Assembly: GCA_945861645.1 (NCBI GenBank)
Contig: CAMAVZ010000042.1
Coordinates: 1-13,631 of the forward strand
Direction of reading: 5' to 3'
DNA: 13,631 nt
Source: Opitutus sp. GAS368
GTDB lineage: Bacteria > Verrucomicrobiota > Verrucomicrobiia > Opitutales > Opitutaceae
Below are positions 1-8,758 of the stretch, one piece after another (positions within the stretch are counted from its first letter, which is position 1; each line of letters opens with the position of its first letter). Below the pieces are notes generated by a model, which had not been told where the DNA came from, did not search any database, and saw nothing but the letters and a program-made list of their open reading frames with translations. The translations under genes were made by a program, and so were the position numbers.

Positions 1-471
1 CTTACGGGGAATCGTCGTCTGGCCGCAGAGTCAGTGGCCCATGAGCTCGGCGTGGGTGAGGTGCGGGCGGGACTTTCTCCCGAAAATAAAGTCGAAGCCG
101 TCGAAGCGTTCCGGCAGCAGGGCCGTAAAGTGGCCATGGTGGGCGATGGGGTGAATGATGCCCCCAGTCTCGCGGCCGCTTATGTTTCGGTTGCCATGGG
201 GGCGCGGGGGAGTGATGCGGCGCTGGAGCAAGCCGAAGTCATTTTAATGCACGATCGGATCGATAATTTTTTGGCCGCGCATCGACTTAGTTGCCGGGCG
301 AAAGCGATCATTCGGCAGAACTTAACGATCTCGCTCGGGGTGGTGATCATTATGGTGCTGGCGACCGCCTTCGGGACCGTGCCCCTGGCCTTAGGCGTGG
401 CCGCCCACGAAGGCAGCACACTCATTGTCTGTATTAATTCACTCCGCCTGCTCTTTGGCAAAAATGCTTAG
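1..471 (+). CDS. Heavy-metal translocating P-type ATPase, P1B-4-like (5'-truncated by window edge)
   Basis: Frame 1 is open from base 1 (LTGNRRLAAESVAHELG). Contains LSPENK, the hinge motif MVGDGVNDAPSLA, AMG..GSDAA, two C-terminal TM helices and HEGST in the last helix, the known P1B-4 signature. Confidence 0.93.
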   Translation, partial: LTGNRRLAAESVAHELGVGEVRAGLSPENKVEAVEAFRQQGRKVAMVGDGVNDAPSLAAAYVSVAMGARGSDAALEQAEVILMHDRIDNFLAAHRLSCRAKAIIRQNLTISLGVVIIMVLATAFGTVPLALGVAAHEGSTLIVCINSLRLLFGKNA

Positions 472-486
472 CGGCGGTGGGCGAGG

Positions 487-1023
487 TCAGTCCTCAATCC
501 AAATTAAATCGCCGGCGCGAATTTCTGCAAACAAGGCGATGATCTCGAGGTTGCGCATTTCGATGCAGCCTCCGCTAAAGGGAGTGCCTAATTTTTCCTC
601 ATGATTAGTGCCGTGCATGTAAATATAGCGTTCGTACGAATCAACTTCTCCGCCGGCATTCACGCCGGGCTCGCGACCGCGGAGCCAAAGAATGCGTGAG
701 GTAATGAGGTTCTTGGTGTGCTCCTCGCCGCTGAGTTCATTAAAGTGTTGGCCGAGATTGACGCGGCCTTTGAATACCGTGCCGGGCAGCGCCCCGGCGC
801 CAATACGCTCGGCGATTTCATGCAGACCTCGGGGTGTCCCTCGGGAATCTTTGCGGTTGGAAGGTGGGCGCAGGGAGGTAGAAATGATATATGATTGGAT
901 TAACACCTCATCGCGGTAAAATCCAAGCAGTTGCTGCGCAATAGAAACTGTCATAACTCGCGCTGTCGGCTTGATTACCAAGGCCGCACACCTTTCTTTC
1001 ATCCGTTGCAAAATATTATTCAT
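487..1023 (-). CDS. YkuD/ErfK-family L,D-transpeptidase-like protein
   Basis: GTPRG, ITSRILWL and YIYMHGT-x9-FSGGCIEM match the YkuD catalytic His...SxGC motif. Alternative ATG at 1002. Confidence 0.88.
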   Translation of the reverse strand: MNNILQRMKERCAALVIKPTARVMTVSIAQQLLGFYRDEVLIQSYIISTSLRPPSNRKDSRGTPRGLHEIAERIGAGALPGTVFKGRVNLGQHFNELSGEEHTKNLITSRILWLRGREPGVNAGGEVDSYERYIYMHGTNHEEKLGTPFSGGCIEMRNLEIIALFAEIRAGDLIWIED

Positions 1024-1024
1024 C

Positions 1025-2053
1025 GTGAGCTCTAAATCTTATCGAGTCGGTATCGTCGGCGCCACTGGAGCGGTCGGTCAAGAATTGATTGCCTTGCTGC
1101 AAGCACGGGCGCTGCCGCTCGCGGAGCTCCGGCCTTTGGCCTCGGCTCGTTCCGTGGGTCGCCACATTATTTTTTGTAAAAAAAAGATCGCCGTGCAGGA
1201 AGCAACGCCCGCGGCTTTTGCGGATCTCGATTTTGCTTTTTTTGCCGCGGGCACCGCGGTTACTAAAAAATTAGCCCCTGAGGCCGTGAGTCGGGGGTGT
1301 CTGGTAATTGATAAAAGCTCGGCTTATCGCATGGATCCCCAGGTGCCGCTCGTGGTGCCCGAAATTAACGCCGAAGCCCTGCGGAGCCATCACGGAATTA
1401 TCGCTAGTCCAAATTGTTCAACCGCCATCGCCCTGATGGGGCTCTATCCGCTGCACCAAGCCTTTGGTTTAAAGCGCGTGGTTTTTTCCACCTATCAATC
1501 GGTTTCTGGCACCGGGGCCGATGCCGTGGCGGAACTTGAGGCGCAGGTGCAGGCTTACACCGCGCAGCAACCGCTGCCTTGCACCGTCTATCCCTATCAA
1601 ATTTTCCAGAATCTCATTCCGCATATCGATTCATTCGGCGCCGATGGTTACACGGGCGAGGAAAGCAAGATGCGCGCGGAGAGCCGAAAAATACTTGGTT
1701 TACCGGATCTTAAAGTTTCGGCGACCTGCGTGCGTGTGCCGGTCGTGCGGGCTCATTCGGTCGCGATTAACGCTGAATTCACGCGCCCGGTTTCCGTGGC
1801 CGCCGCCCGCCAAGCCATCGCCGCTTTTGCCGGGGCCAAATTAATCGATGAACCCGCTAGCCACGCTTACCCTACACCGCTGGCTTGCAGTCGCCAAGAG
1901 CAGTGCGGGGTGGGGCGGATTCGCTTGGATACCGCGTTCGACAACGGACTCGCCCTCTGGGTCAGCGGCGACAATCTCTGGAAAGGGGCCGCCCTTAACG
2001 CGATTCAGACCGTGGAAAAAATGATCGAATTGGGTTTGCCTCTGCGGGCTTGA
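1025..2053 (+). CDS. asd: Aspartate-semialdehyde dehydrogenase
   Basis: Rossmann motif VGIVGATGAVG, IDKSSAYRMDPQVPLVVPEIN, catalytic PNCST, YQSVSGTG, ATCVRVPVVRAHS and DNLWKGAALNA. GTG at 1025 chosen instead of the ORF-track TTG at 971, which overlaps the divergent gene. Confidence 0.97.
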   Translation: MSSKSYRVGIVGATGAVGQELIALLQARALPLAELRPLASARSVGRHIIFCKKKIAVQEATPAAFADLDFAFFAAGTAVTKKLAPEAVSRGCLVIDKSSAYRMDPQVPLVVPEINAEALRSHHGIIASPNCSTAIALMGLYPLHQAFGLKRVVFSTYQSVSGTGADAVAELEAQVQAYTAQQPLPCTVYPYQIFQNLIPHIDSFGADGYTGEESKMRAESRKILGLPDLKVSATCVRVPVVRAHSVAINAEFTRPVSVAAARQAIAAFAGAKLIDEPASHAYPTPLACSRQEQCGVGRIRLDTAFDNGLALWVSGDNLWKGAALNAIQTVEKMIELGLPLRA

Positions 2054-2086
2054 ATTGGGCGGTAGCGGGCGGGGCTTAATTATCCC

Positions 2087-2115
2087 TTGCCGGCGGCAAA
2101 ATATTTCCGTTTCTT
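2087..2115 (+). promoter_or_regulatory. Putative tRNA promoter (-35-like TTGCCG within palindrome TTGCCG-G-CGGCAA)
   Basis: TTGCCG at 2087-2092 lies 40 nt upstream of the tRNA 5' end and is followed by an AT-rich stretch. The -10 is not canonical. Confidence 0.4.
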
Positions 2116-2126
2116 CGGAAATTACT

Positions 2127-2203
2127 GGACGATTAGCTCAGTTGGTTAGAGCACCTCGCTTACACCGAGGGTGTCGGGGGTTCGAGTCCCTCATCGTCCA
2201 CCA
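2127..2203 (+). tRNA. tRNA-Val (anticodon TAC)
   Basis: Acceptor stem GGACGAT/ATCGTCC, discriminator A and encoded CCA. D arm GCTC-AGTTGGTTA-GAGC. Anticodon arm CCTCG-CTTACAC-CGAGG (TAC at 2161-2163). T loop TTCGAGT. 77 nt. Confidence 0.98.
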
Positions 2204-2286
2204 ATTTTATTTCTGTGGTGGCGGGACCAGTGCCCACCTAGCCTATCGACCGTAGGCTGCACTTGGTCGCGCCGCTTGCTCATTTC

Positions 2287-3141
2287 ATGAAAATTATTCT
2301 CGCCACTCGCAAAAGCCCCTTGGCGCTCACGCAGACTGAAATGGTCGCGGCGTGTTTGCGCGAGATGATTCCCGGCGCGGAGTGTGAGTTGTTGAAAATT
2401 GTCACCACGGGAGATCGGCAAGCGGAATGGTCTCTGGCCCAGCAAGGCGGCAAAGGGTTGTTCACCGCTGAACTTGAGCAAGCCTTGCTCCGCGGGGAGG
2501 CCCACGTCGCGGTGCATAGTTGCAAAGATTTGCCGGGCAAAATGGTCGCCGGGCTGGCGGTCGCGGGCTACCTGCCGCGCGCCGATGTGCGGGATGTGCT
2601 GATTTTGCGGGCGGGGGTAACGACCCCTGCCACGATCGCCACGAGCAGTCCGCGCCGGCAGCAACAAATCAAATTACTTTATCCGGCGGCGACGTTCACG
2701 GAGATTCGTGGCAACGTTGATACGCGGCTCAAAAAAATCGCGAGCGGTGCGGCGGATGCCACCATTTTAGCCGCGGCGGGAATGGGCCGGCTGGGTATTA
2801 AGGACTGGCCTGGGGTAACATTTCGTCCGCTGGCCTTAAACGAAAGTGTCCCGGCCGTAGGGCAGGGGGCGATTGCGGTTCAATGTCGAACGGAAGATAG
2901 TGCCCGCTTTGCCGCTGTGCTGGATGCCGCCACGGCGCGGACCGTTAGTTTGGAGCGGGCCCTGCAAGCGGCGATCGGCGGTGGTTGCCAGATGGCTTTT
3001 GCTGCGCACGTTGTCGGCGAGATGCTTTATTTTTATCATGAGCAAACCGGGCCGCGCACGCTGGCGCTTCGCGCTACTGATTTTGCCGAGCCCACCGCGG
3101 CGGCCGCCCGTTTGCTGGCTGCATTAAATTTCCATGTCTGA
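2287..3141 (+). CDS. hemC: Hydroxymethylbilane synthase (porphobilinogen deaminase)
   Basis: MKIILATRKSPLALTQ, IVTTGD, GGKGLFTAELE, AVHSCKDLP, TSSPRR, IRGNVDTRL, PAVGQGAI and the cofactor Cys in GGGCQ. ATG at 2287. Confidence 0.96.
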   Translation: MKIILATRKSPLALTQTEMVAACLREMIPGAECELLKIVTTGDRQAEWSLAQQGGKGLFTAELEQALLRGEAHVAVHSCKDLPGKMVAGLAVAGYLPRADVRDVLILRAGVTTPATIATSSPRRQQQIKLLYPAATFTEIRGNVDTRLKKIASGAADATILAAAGMGRLGIKDWPGVTFRPLALNESVPAVGQGAIAVQCRTEDSARFAAVLDAATARTVSLERALQAAIGGGCQMAFAAHVVGEMLYFYHEQTGPRTLALRATDFAEPTAAAARLLAALNFHV

Positions 3142-3931
3142 TTCCCCCGCTATTTCCCTGGCCAAACGCCGAATTGTGATCACCCGTCCGCGCGCCGCTG
3201 GCGGCGAGTGGCCGCAGCAGCTCACCGCGCTCGGCGCCACCGTGCTCGAGTTGCCGCTGATTCAAGTGACGAAGCAGGTTAATCTCGAAACGCTTGCCGA
3301 AGTGTTGGGCGAATTCGGCAGCTACGAGTGGCTCATCTTTACCAGCGCCCACGGCGTAAAATATTTTTTTGAGGAATTTATCCGCGTGCACGAAGACATT
3401 CGGGCGCTCGGTTTAGTGCGCATTGCAGCGGTGGGGCAAGCCACGGCCGCCGCGATCCAAGCGTTACACTTACGCGTCGACTTACAGCCGAAGCAGGCGA
3501 GTGCGGAAGAATTAGCCCAGGCTTTGATTGAACGGGAAGCCATGGATAGCGCGAAAGTGCTCGTGGTCACCGGCGATCGTAATCGTGAAGTGCTGATCGA
3601 TAAACTGCACGAGGCTCGCACCATCGTGGATCGCCTGGTGGTTTATAAAAATGAAGAGACCGATCTGGGGGCCGATCCGGTGGCGGCCGAATTTCGTCGC
3701 TTGGGGGCTGACGCTATTTTGTTCGCGAGTCCCTCCGCGGCGCAGTCGTTTTTTGATCAAGCGGTGGCCCTCAAATTGGGACCCAAAGCCCAGCGGCCGT
3801 TAGCCGGTAGCATTGGGGCCACGACCACTGCGGCCATGAAGCAACTGGGGTTGCCGGTCGATTTCGAAGCCGCCACGCCCAGTCTGCAGGCCTTAGTGGC
3901 GAGTTTAAGTGTCAAGTTGGGTCGCGGATAA
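3134..3931 (+). CDS. hemD: Uroporphyrinogen-III synthase
   Basis: IVITRP, WLIFTSAHGV, AAVGQATA, VVYKN, LFASPSAA and SIGATT match HemD. Overlaps the hemC stop by 8 nt. Confidence 0.93.
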   Translation: MSDSPAISLAKRRIVITRPRAAGGEWPQQLTALGATVLELPLIQVTKQVNLETLAEVLGEFGSYEWLIFTSAHGVKYFFEEFIRVHEDIRALGLVRIAAVGQATAAAIQALHLRVDLQPKQASAEELAQALIEREAMDSAKVLVVTGDRNREVLIDKLHEARTIVDRLVVYKNEETDLGADPVAAEFRRLGADAILFASPSAAQSFFDQAVALKLGPKAQRPLAGSIGATTTAAMKQLGLPVDFEAATPSLQALVASLSVKLGRG

Positions 3932-3970
3932 GTTTTGCCCTGAACCCGCGCCTCCGTGGAGAATCGCCGC

Positions 3971-5065
3971 ATGCAAGTTCCTTTTCTCGACCTGCAACCG
4001 CAACATCAAGCTCTCCGTACGGAGGTGCTCGCGGCCTTAGCAGCGACTTATGATGCGACCCGCTTTTGTCTGGGCGCCGATGTCGAGAATTTTGAAAAAG
4101 CTTTTAGTGCTACTTTCGGCTATGCGCGCACGCTGGGGATGAATAGCGGAACTTCGCCCCTGCATATTGCTTCGCTGTGTGGCGGGTTTGGCCCCGGCGA
4201 CGAAATTATTACCACTCCGTTTACCTTTGCCTCAAGTTGCTGGGGTATCAGCTACGTCGGGGCTAAACCGGTCTTTGTCGATATTGAGGCTGACACGTGG
4301 TGCATTAGTCCCGCTGCCATTGCCCGAGCCATCACGCCAAAAACAAAAGGGATCGTGGTCGTGCATATTTTCGGTCAGCCCGCGCGCATGGATGAAATTA
4401 TGACGATCGCGCGCCAGCATAATTTATTCGTCGTGGAAGACTGTGCCCAGGCTGTCGGCGCGCAGTATAAAGGGGCCTCCGTTGGAGGGATCGGCGACTG
4501 CGGCACGTTCAGTTTTTATCCGACTAAAAACCTCGGCGCGTGCGGCGAAGGTGGGGCGTTTGTGTCGCGGCATGCCGCGGTGATGGCGAGCGCGCAATTG
4601 CTCCGCGTGCATGGTTCACCTAAACGCTACACCCACACTGCGGTTGGCTTTAATTTTCGCATGGATGGTTTTCAGGGTGCGATTCTGAATATTAAATTGA
4701 AGCACCTCGCTACTTGGACCGCGCGCCGCCGCGCGATCGCGGCGCGTTATTTGCGCGGCATCAAGCGACCCGACGTACAGTTGCCCATCGTGCCGGTTTA
4801 CGGCGAATCGGTCTGGCATCAATTTACGTTACTGCATCCCCAACGAGATGCCTTGCGCGCGCATCTCGAGCAATGCGGGGTGGGGACGGAGATTATTTAT
4901 CCTGGCCCGATGCATTTGCAGCCCTGCTATGCGGAGCTGGGCTATCTCCCAGGCCGACTGCCGGTGGCCGAGCATGCCAGTGCGCGGTGTGTGAGTTTGC
5001 CGATGTTTCCCGAGCTGACGGACGCTCAAGTTGAGCACGTGATCGCTTCCCTCAACGCTTTTTGA
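3971..5065 (+). CDS. DegT/DnrJ/EryC1/StrS family PLP-dependent sugar aminotransferase
   Basis: MQVPFLDL, NSGTS, GPGDEIITTPFTF, VVEDCAQAVGA, FSFYPTKNLGACGEGG (PLP-binding Lys), GFNFRMD and SLPMFPEL. ATG at 3971. Confidence 0.95.
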   Translation: MQVPFLDLQPQHQALRTEVLAALAATYDATRFCLGADVENFEKAFSATFGYARTLGMNSGTSPLHIASLCGGFGPGDEIITTPFTFASSCWGISYVGAKPVFVDIEADTWCISPAAIARAITPKTKGIVVVHIFGQPARMDEIMTIARQHNLFVVEDCAQAVGAQYKGASVGGIGDCGTFSFYPTKNLGACGEGGAFVSRHAAVMASAQLLRVHGSPKRYTHTAVGFNFRMDGFQGAILNIKLKHLATWTARRRAIAARYLRGIKRPDVQLPIVPVYGESVWHQFTLLHPQRDALRAHLEQCGVGTEIIYPGPMHLQPCYAELGYLPGRLPVAEHASARCVSLPMFPELTDAQVEHVIASLNAF

Positions 5066-5136
5066 GCCGACGCTCGCGCTGACACTGCGGGTCTTAACTT
5101 GCCGTCACTCGCGCCTATTTTTTATCCACCCACGTC

Positions 5137-5787
5137 ATGATTAACGGCATTAGATTAAAAGTCTGTGGCCTCACTTCGTTGGTCGATGCCGAGGCGGCGG
5201 ATGCCAGCGGGGCTGATTATTTGGGGTTTATTTTTTACCCGGCGTCGCCGCGTTACGTGTCTTTTGCTAACTATGAAGCCATGCGCGAACGCCTACCATT
5301 GCGCAAAAAAGTCGCGGTCTCGGTTGAGCCTACGCTGACGGATTTAGTGCGGCAGCGAGCACTCGGCTTCGATCATTTCCAAATTCATTGCCCGGCACAA
5401 ACGCCCCCTGCGGTGCTGCAGGCGTGGGCTGATACCGTCGGCGCGGCTCGGCTTTGGCTCGCGCCGCGGTCGCCGGCGGCCATGGCCATCCCCCCTGAGT
5501 TGCTCGCCATCGCTGGGACCATTTTACTCGATACTTACCATCCGGATAAAATGGGCGGAACGGGCGAGGCCGGTGATTGGTCGCAATTTAAAGCCTACCG
5601 CGAGGCGCATCCGGCCAAACACTGGATCCTTTCGGGCGGACTGGGCCCAACCAATATTTTAGCTGCGGTGACTGCTACCGGCACGACGTGGGTCGATGTT
5701 AATAGCGGGGTTGAGCAAGCCCCCGGCCTCAAAAGCCCCGCCAAATTGCAGGCGCTCAGGGCCGCTATGCGCCCCGCGGCCCACTAG
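5137..5787 (+). CDS. trpF: Phosphoribosylanthranilate isomerase
   Basis: LKVCGLT, GADYLGFIFYPASPRYV, QIH, LLDT..GGTG..GDW, ILSGGLGPTN and VDVNSGVEQAPGLK. Confidence 0.94.
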   Translation: MINGIRLKVCGLTSLVDAEAADASGADYLGFIFYPASPRYVSFANYEAMRERLPLRKKVAVSVEPTLTDLVRQRALGFDHFQIHCPAQTPPAVLQAWADTVGAARLWLAPRSPAAMAIPPELLAIAGTILLDTYHPDKMGGTGEAGDWSQFKAYREAHPAKHWILSGGLGPTNILAAVTATGTTWVDVNSGVEQAPGLKSPAKLQALRAAMRPAAH

Positions 5788-5836
5788 AATAATTTGCCCG
5801 CGGTGAGTTGGGGCCGGCCCTCGCTGGCGGCCTCGT

Positions 5837-7180
5837 TTAAAAGCCGGGCCGACCACCCCGGCTTTTCCTGGCCTCGAGTTGGCGCATCATCTTCTGCTGA
5901 TTGCCGCCCTTCATCATTTTCATCATTTTCTGCATCTGCTCGAATTGTTTGAGCAGTTGATTGACCTCAAGCACCTTGACGCCCGCGCCCTTCGCGATGC
6001 GGATGCGGCGATTGCCGTTTAACACGCCGGGTTTGCGCCTTTCCTGAATCGTCATGGATTGAATGATCGCTTCGGTCCGCTTCATTTGCTTGTCCGAATC
6101 ATCCGGAAGCTGCACGCCACTCATCCCCGGCATCAGCCCCACGATCGACTGCATAGAGCCCATTTTTTTAACCTGCTGCATCTGCGCGAGGAAATCTTCC
6201 AGATTGAAGTCTGCCTTGCGCATTTTCTCGGCCATGCGCTCCGCTTCCGCTTGGTCGATGTTCTCTTGGGCTTTCTCGACGAGCGTAACCACATCGCCCA
6301 TGCCAAGAATACGCGAAGCCAAGCGCTCGGGGTAAAAAACCTCGAGATCCGCCATTTTTTCGCCGACGCCGATAAATTTTATGGGAACCCCTGTGACCGA
6401 CTTGAGGGAGAGGGCCGCACCGCCGCGGGCATCGCCATCCAACTTAGTCAAAACAAGTCCGGTGAGGGTCAGCGCGGCGTGAAACGCTTGCGCTACATTA
6501 ACCGCTTCTTGGCCCAGGGCGCCATCGGCGACGAGGAGAATTTCGTCTGGCTGGATCTGCGCGCTGAGTTTTTTAACTTCCGCAATTAAGTTTTCATCGA
6601 TTTGCAGGCGGCCGGCTGTGTCGAAAAGAATCACATCCGCCGTCTGTGCGAGCGCGCGGGTGAGACCCTGAGTGGCGATGGCCGTGACATCCCGCGAAGT
6701 GCGGTCGCCGTAAAAGCCGAGCGTTTCCTGCTGGGCGAGAATCTCCAACTGATCGATCGCCGCGGGCCGATAAATGTCACAAGCGACCACGAAGGGTCGG
6801 GACCCTTTTTTCTTCAGGAATTTCCCCAGTTTTACCGTGGTGGTCGTTTTACCCGAACCATGGAGACCGACCATGAGTACTTTAAGCGGGCGGCGCGGCG
6901 CTAACTCGGTCGTGCCTTCGCCCAATAAGCGGACGAGTTCATCATTGATAATTTTGATGATCTGTTGCCCTGGGGTGACTGATTGAAGGACATTTTGCCC
7001 CGTGCACTGCAACTGGACGCGGTCGATAAATTCCCGGGCGACCCGAAAGTGGACATCAGCCGACAAGAGCGCGGCACGCACTTCTTTGAGGGCATCCGCC
7101 ATGTTGGCTTCGGATAATTGGCCGACCCCACGGAGGTTGCGGAGTGCGCCGGTTAGTTTTTCGGTGAGGCTTGCGAACAT
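5837..7180 (-). CDS. ffh: Signal recognition particle protein Ffh
   Basis: [10 protein letters not shown]-terminus, [17 protein letters not shown] (G1), DIYRPAA, DTAGRL (G3), [10 protein letters not shown] (G4), RILGMGDV and a Met-rich M domain with AIIQSMT..ER..RIAKGAG. ATG at 7180. Confidence 0.98.
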   Translation of the reverse strand: MFASLTEKLTGALRNLRGVGQLSEANMADALKEVRAALLSADVHFRVAREFIDRVQLQCTGQNVLQSVTPGQQIIKIINDELVRLLGEGTTELAPRRPLKVLMVGLHGSGKTTTTVKLGKFLKKKGSRPFVVACDIYRPAAIDQLEILAQQETLGFYGDRTSRDVTAIATQGLTRALAQTADVILFDTAGRLQIDENLIAEVKKLSAQIQPDEILLVADGALGQEAVNVAQAFHAALTLTGLVLTKLDGDARGGAALSLKSVTGVPIKFIGVGEKMADLEVFYPERLASRILGMGDVVTLVEKAQENIDQAEAERMAEKMRKADFNLEDFLAQMQQVKKMGSMQSIVGLMPGMSGVQLPDDSDKQMKRTEAIIQSMTIQERRKPGVLNGNRRIRIAKGAGVKVLEVNQLLKQFEQMQKMMKMMKGGNQQKMMRQLEARKSRGGRPGF

Positions 7181-7190
7181 GAGAAGCGGG

Positions 7191-7261
7191 AATCTAGGTA
7201 TCACTCGCCCGGCCACAAGCGGCAAGTATCGCTTGCCAGCGAGCTACTCCGCCCCGAAGGT
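7191..7261. promoter_or_regulatory. Putative back-to-back promoters for ffh and der
   Basis: Minus strand: TTGTGG(7218-7213)-N16-TAGATT(7196-7191). Plus strand: TTGCCA(7233-7238)-N17-GAAGGT(7256-7261). Inverted repeat GGCAAG-N5-CTTGCC at 7221-7237. Confidence 0.5.
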
Positions 7262-7270
7262 CTGGCTCCA

Positions 7271-8755
7271 ATGATTCCCGCTCCGCGCACTGTCGCTATC
7301 GTAGGCCGCCCTAATGTGGGCAAAAGCCGCCTGTTTAATCGCTTGGCCCGTAAACGCATTTCAATCGTTCACGATATGCCCGGGGTTACCCGCGATGTGG
7401 TCAACGCTGAGGTTAAAGACGGCGGCTATACCTTACTCGACACCGGCGGGATCGGTTTAACCGGTAGCGATACGCCGGCGCGGATCACCAAAGCCTCTGA
7501 ATTGCAGGTCAGTTTTGCGATCGAGGCGGCGGGGGTAATCGTCTTCGTTATCGATGCCCGCGAGGGGGTTACCGCGCTTGATGAGCGCATTGCCCAATTA
7601 CTACGCCGTAGCAAAAAAACGGTGCTCCTTGTCGCCAATAAGGCGGATAGTGGGGAGGAAAAAATCGCGGAAGTTTCGAGCTTCTTTCGTTTGGGCTTCG
7701 GCAAGCCCTGCTATTTGTCAGCGGAGCATGGCAATGGCGAAGCTGAGTTGCGGGATGCAATTTTGGCTGAACTCGGGCCGATGCCCGAATTGACGGAACT
7801 CGATAAAGAACGGTTGAGTATTTGTTTTGTTGGTCGACCCAACGTCGGTAAATCCTCCCTCAGCAATCGGCTGCTGAAAAGCGATCGGCTGATCGTTAGT
7901 GATCAACCGGGCACGACGCGCGACGCCGTCGAGCTTGATTTTACTTATATTAGCCGGGAAGGAAAACCGTGGCCATTTCGCTTGATCGATACGGCGGGTA
8001 TTCGCGCCGCCACCAAATTATCTTCGTCGGTCGAATATTTCTCCCGCTTGCGCTCGTTGGAAGCCATCCACAACGCCGACGTTGTTTTTATGGTGCTGGA
8101 TGCGATGGAAGGGGTCACGCAGCAGGATCAGTCGATCGCGGGCGAGATCGTTAAAGCGGCCAAACCCATTGTGATCGTCGTTAATAAATGGGACTTGGTG
8201 CACAAGGCTTTCAGCGGCGGGGAGAATTCGGCGGTGGAGAAATTCGCCACGGAGCGCGAATTTCGCGAGCATTTCGAGAAAGCGATGTTCGAGAAATTAT
8301 TTTTCACCCCCGGGGCGCCCGTGATGTTTGTGTCCGCGCTCACTGGTCATGAAATTACCCGCATGCTCAAGTCGGCCCGCGCGCTGAATCGGCGGCTAGA
8401 TACGAAGATCCCCACCGCTAAATTGAATGCGGCGATTATCCGGCTCGCGGAACGGACGCCGCCGCCGAGCACGTATAACATCCGTTTCCGCATTTATTAC
8501 GCTACGCAGACCAGCACGCGTCCCTTCCGGATGAAATTGTTCTGTAACCAAGAACGGAGTTTGACGGAATCTTACCGCCGCTACCTTGAAGCGGGGCTCG
8601 TGAAGGAATTTGATTTGGACGGCTGCCCGATTCACTTCGATCTCATCGGCAAGAAAAAACAAAGCGTGGCTGATCGTCTCGCGGCTAAAGGTCAGCGCCA
8701 AAATCTGGCGCGAGCCGAGGCCGCGGGGGTGGATGAGGACACGTTCGACGACTAA
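7271..8755 (+). CDS. der: Ribosome biogenesis GTPase Der (EngA)
   Basis: Two tandem G domains (GRPNVGKS/DTGG/NKAD and GRPNVGKS/DTAG/NKWD), SAEHG, PGTTRD and a C-terminal KH-like region (YYATQ...SYRRYLE). Confidence 0.98.
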   Translation: MIPAPRTVAIVGRPNVGKSRLFNRLARKRISIVHDMPGVTRDVVNAEVKDGGYTLLDTGGIGLTGSDTPARITKASELQVSFAIEAAGVIVFVIDAREGVTALDERIAQLLRRSKKTVLLVANKADSGEEKIAEVSSFFRLGFGKPCYLSAEHGNGEAELRDAILAELGPMPELTELDKERLSICFVGRPNVGKSSLSNRLLKSDRLIVSDQPGTTRDAVELDFTYISREGKPWPFRLIDTAGIRAATKLSSSVEYFSRLRSLEAIHNADVVFMVLDAMEGVTQQDQSIAGEIVKAAKPIVIVVNKWDLVHKAFSGGENSAVEKFATEREFREHFEKAMFEKLFFTPGAPVMFVSALTGHEITRMLKSARALNRRLDTKIPTAKLNAAIIRLAERTPPPSTYNIRFRIYYATQTSTRPFRMKLFCNQERSLTESYRRYLEAGLVKEFDLDGCPIHFDLIGKKKQSVADRLAAKGQRQNLARAEAAGVDEDTFDD

Positions 8756-8758
8756 GCT

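Noticed and set aside
2055..2255. 66-aa ORF
   Set aside because: It runs through the tRNA gene and is spurious.
2127..2286. tRNA as an integration site for an island
   Set aside because: No integrase, no duplicated tRNA 3' end seen, and the flanks are core genes.
2204..2286. SRP RNA or known riboswitch identity for the hairpin
   Set aside because: It lacks the SRP domain IV GGAA tetraloop with CAGG/AGCA motifs and any riboswitch consensus I recognise.
5066..5136. trp attenuator upstream of trpF
   Set aside because: No Trp-codon leader peptide, T-box or terminator hairpin.
5788..5836. Possible bidirectional terminator between trpF and ffh (GGGGCCG...CGGCCTC)
   Set aside because: The stem is imperfect and there is no proper U-tract, so it is too weak to call.
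6059..6589. 176-aa ORF antisense to ffh (and similar shadows at 2191-2667, 8396-8893, 9888-10346)
   Set aside because: Antisense shadows of conserved genes in GC-rich DNA with no recognisable motifs.
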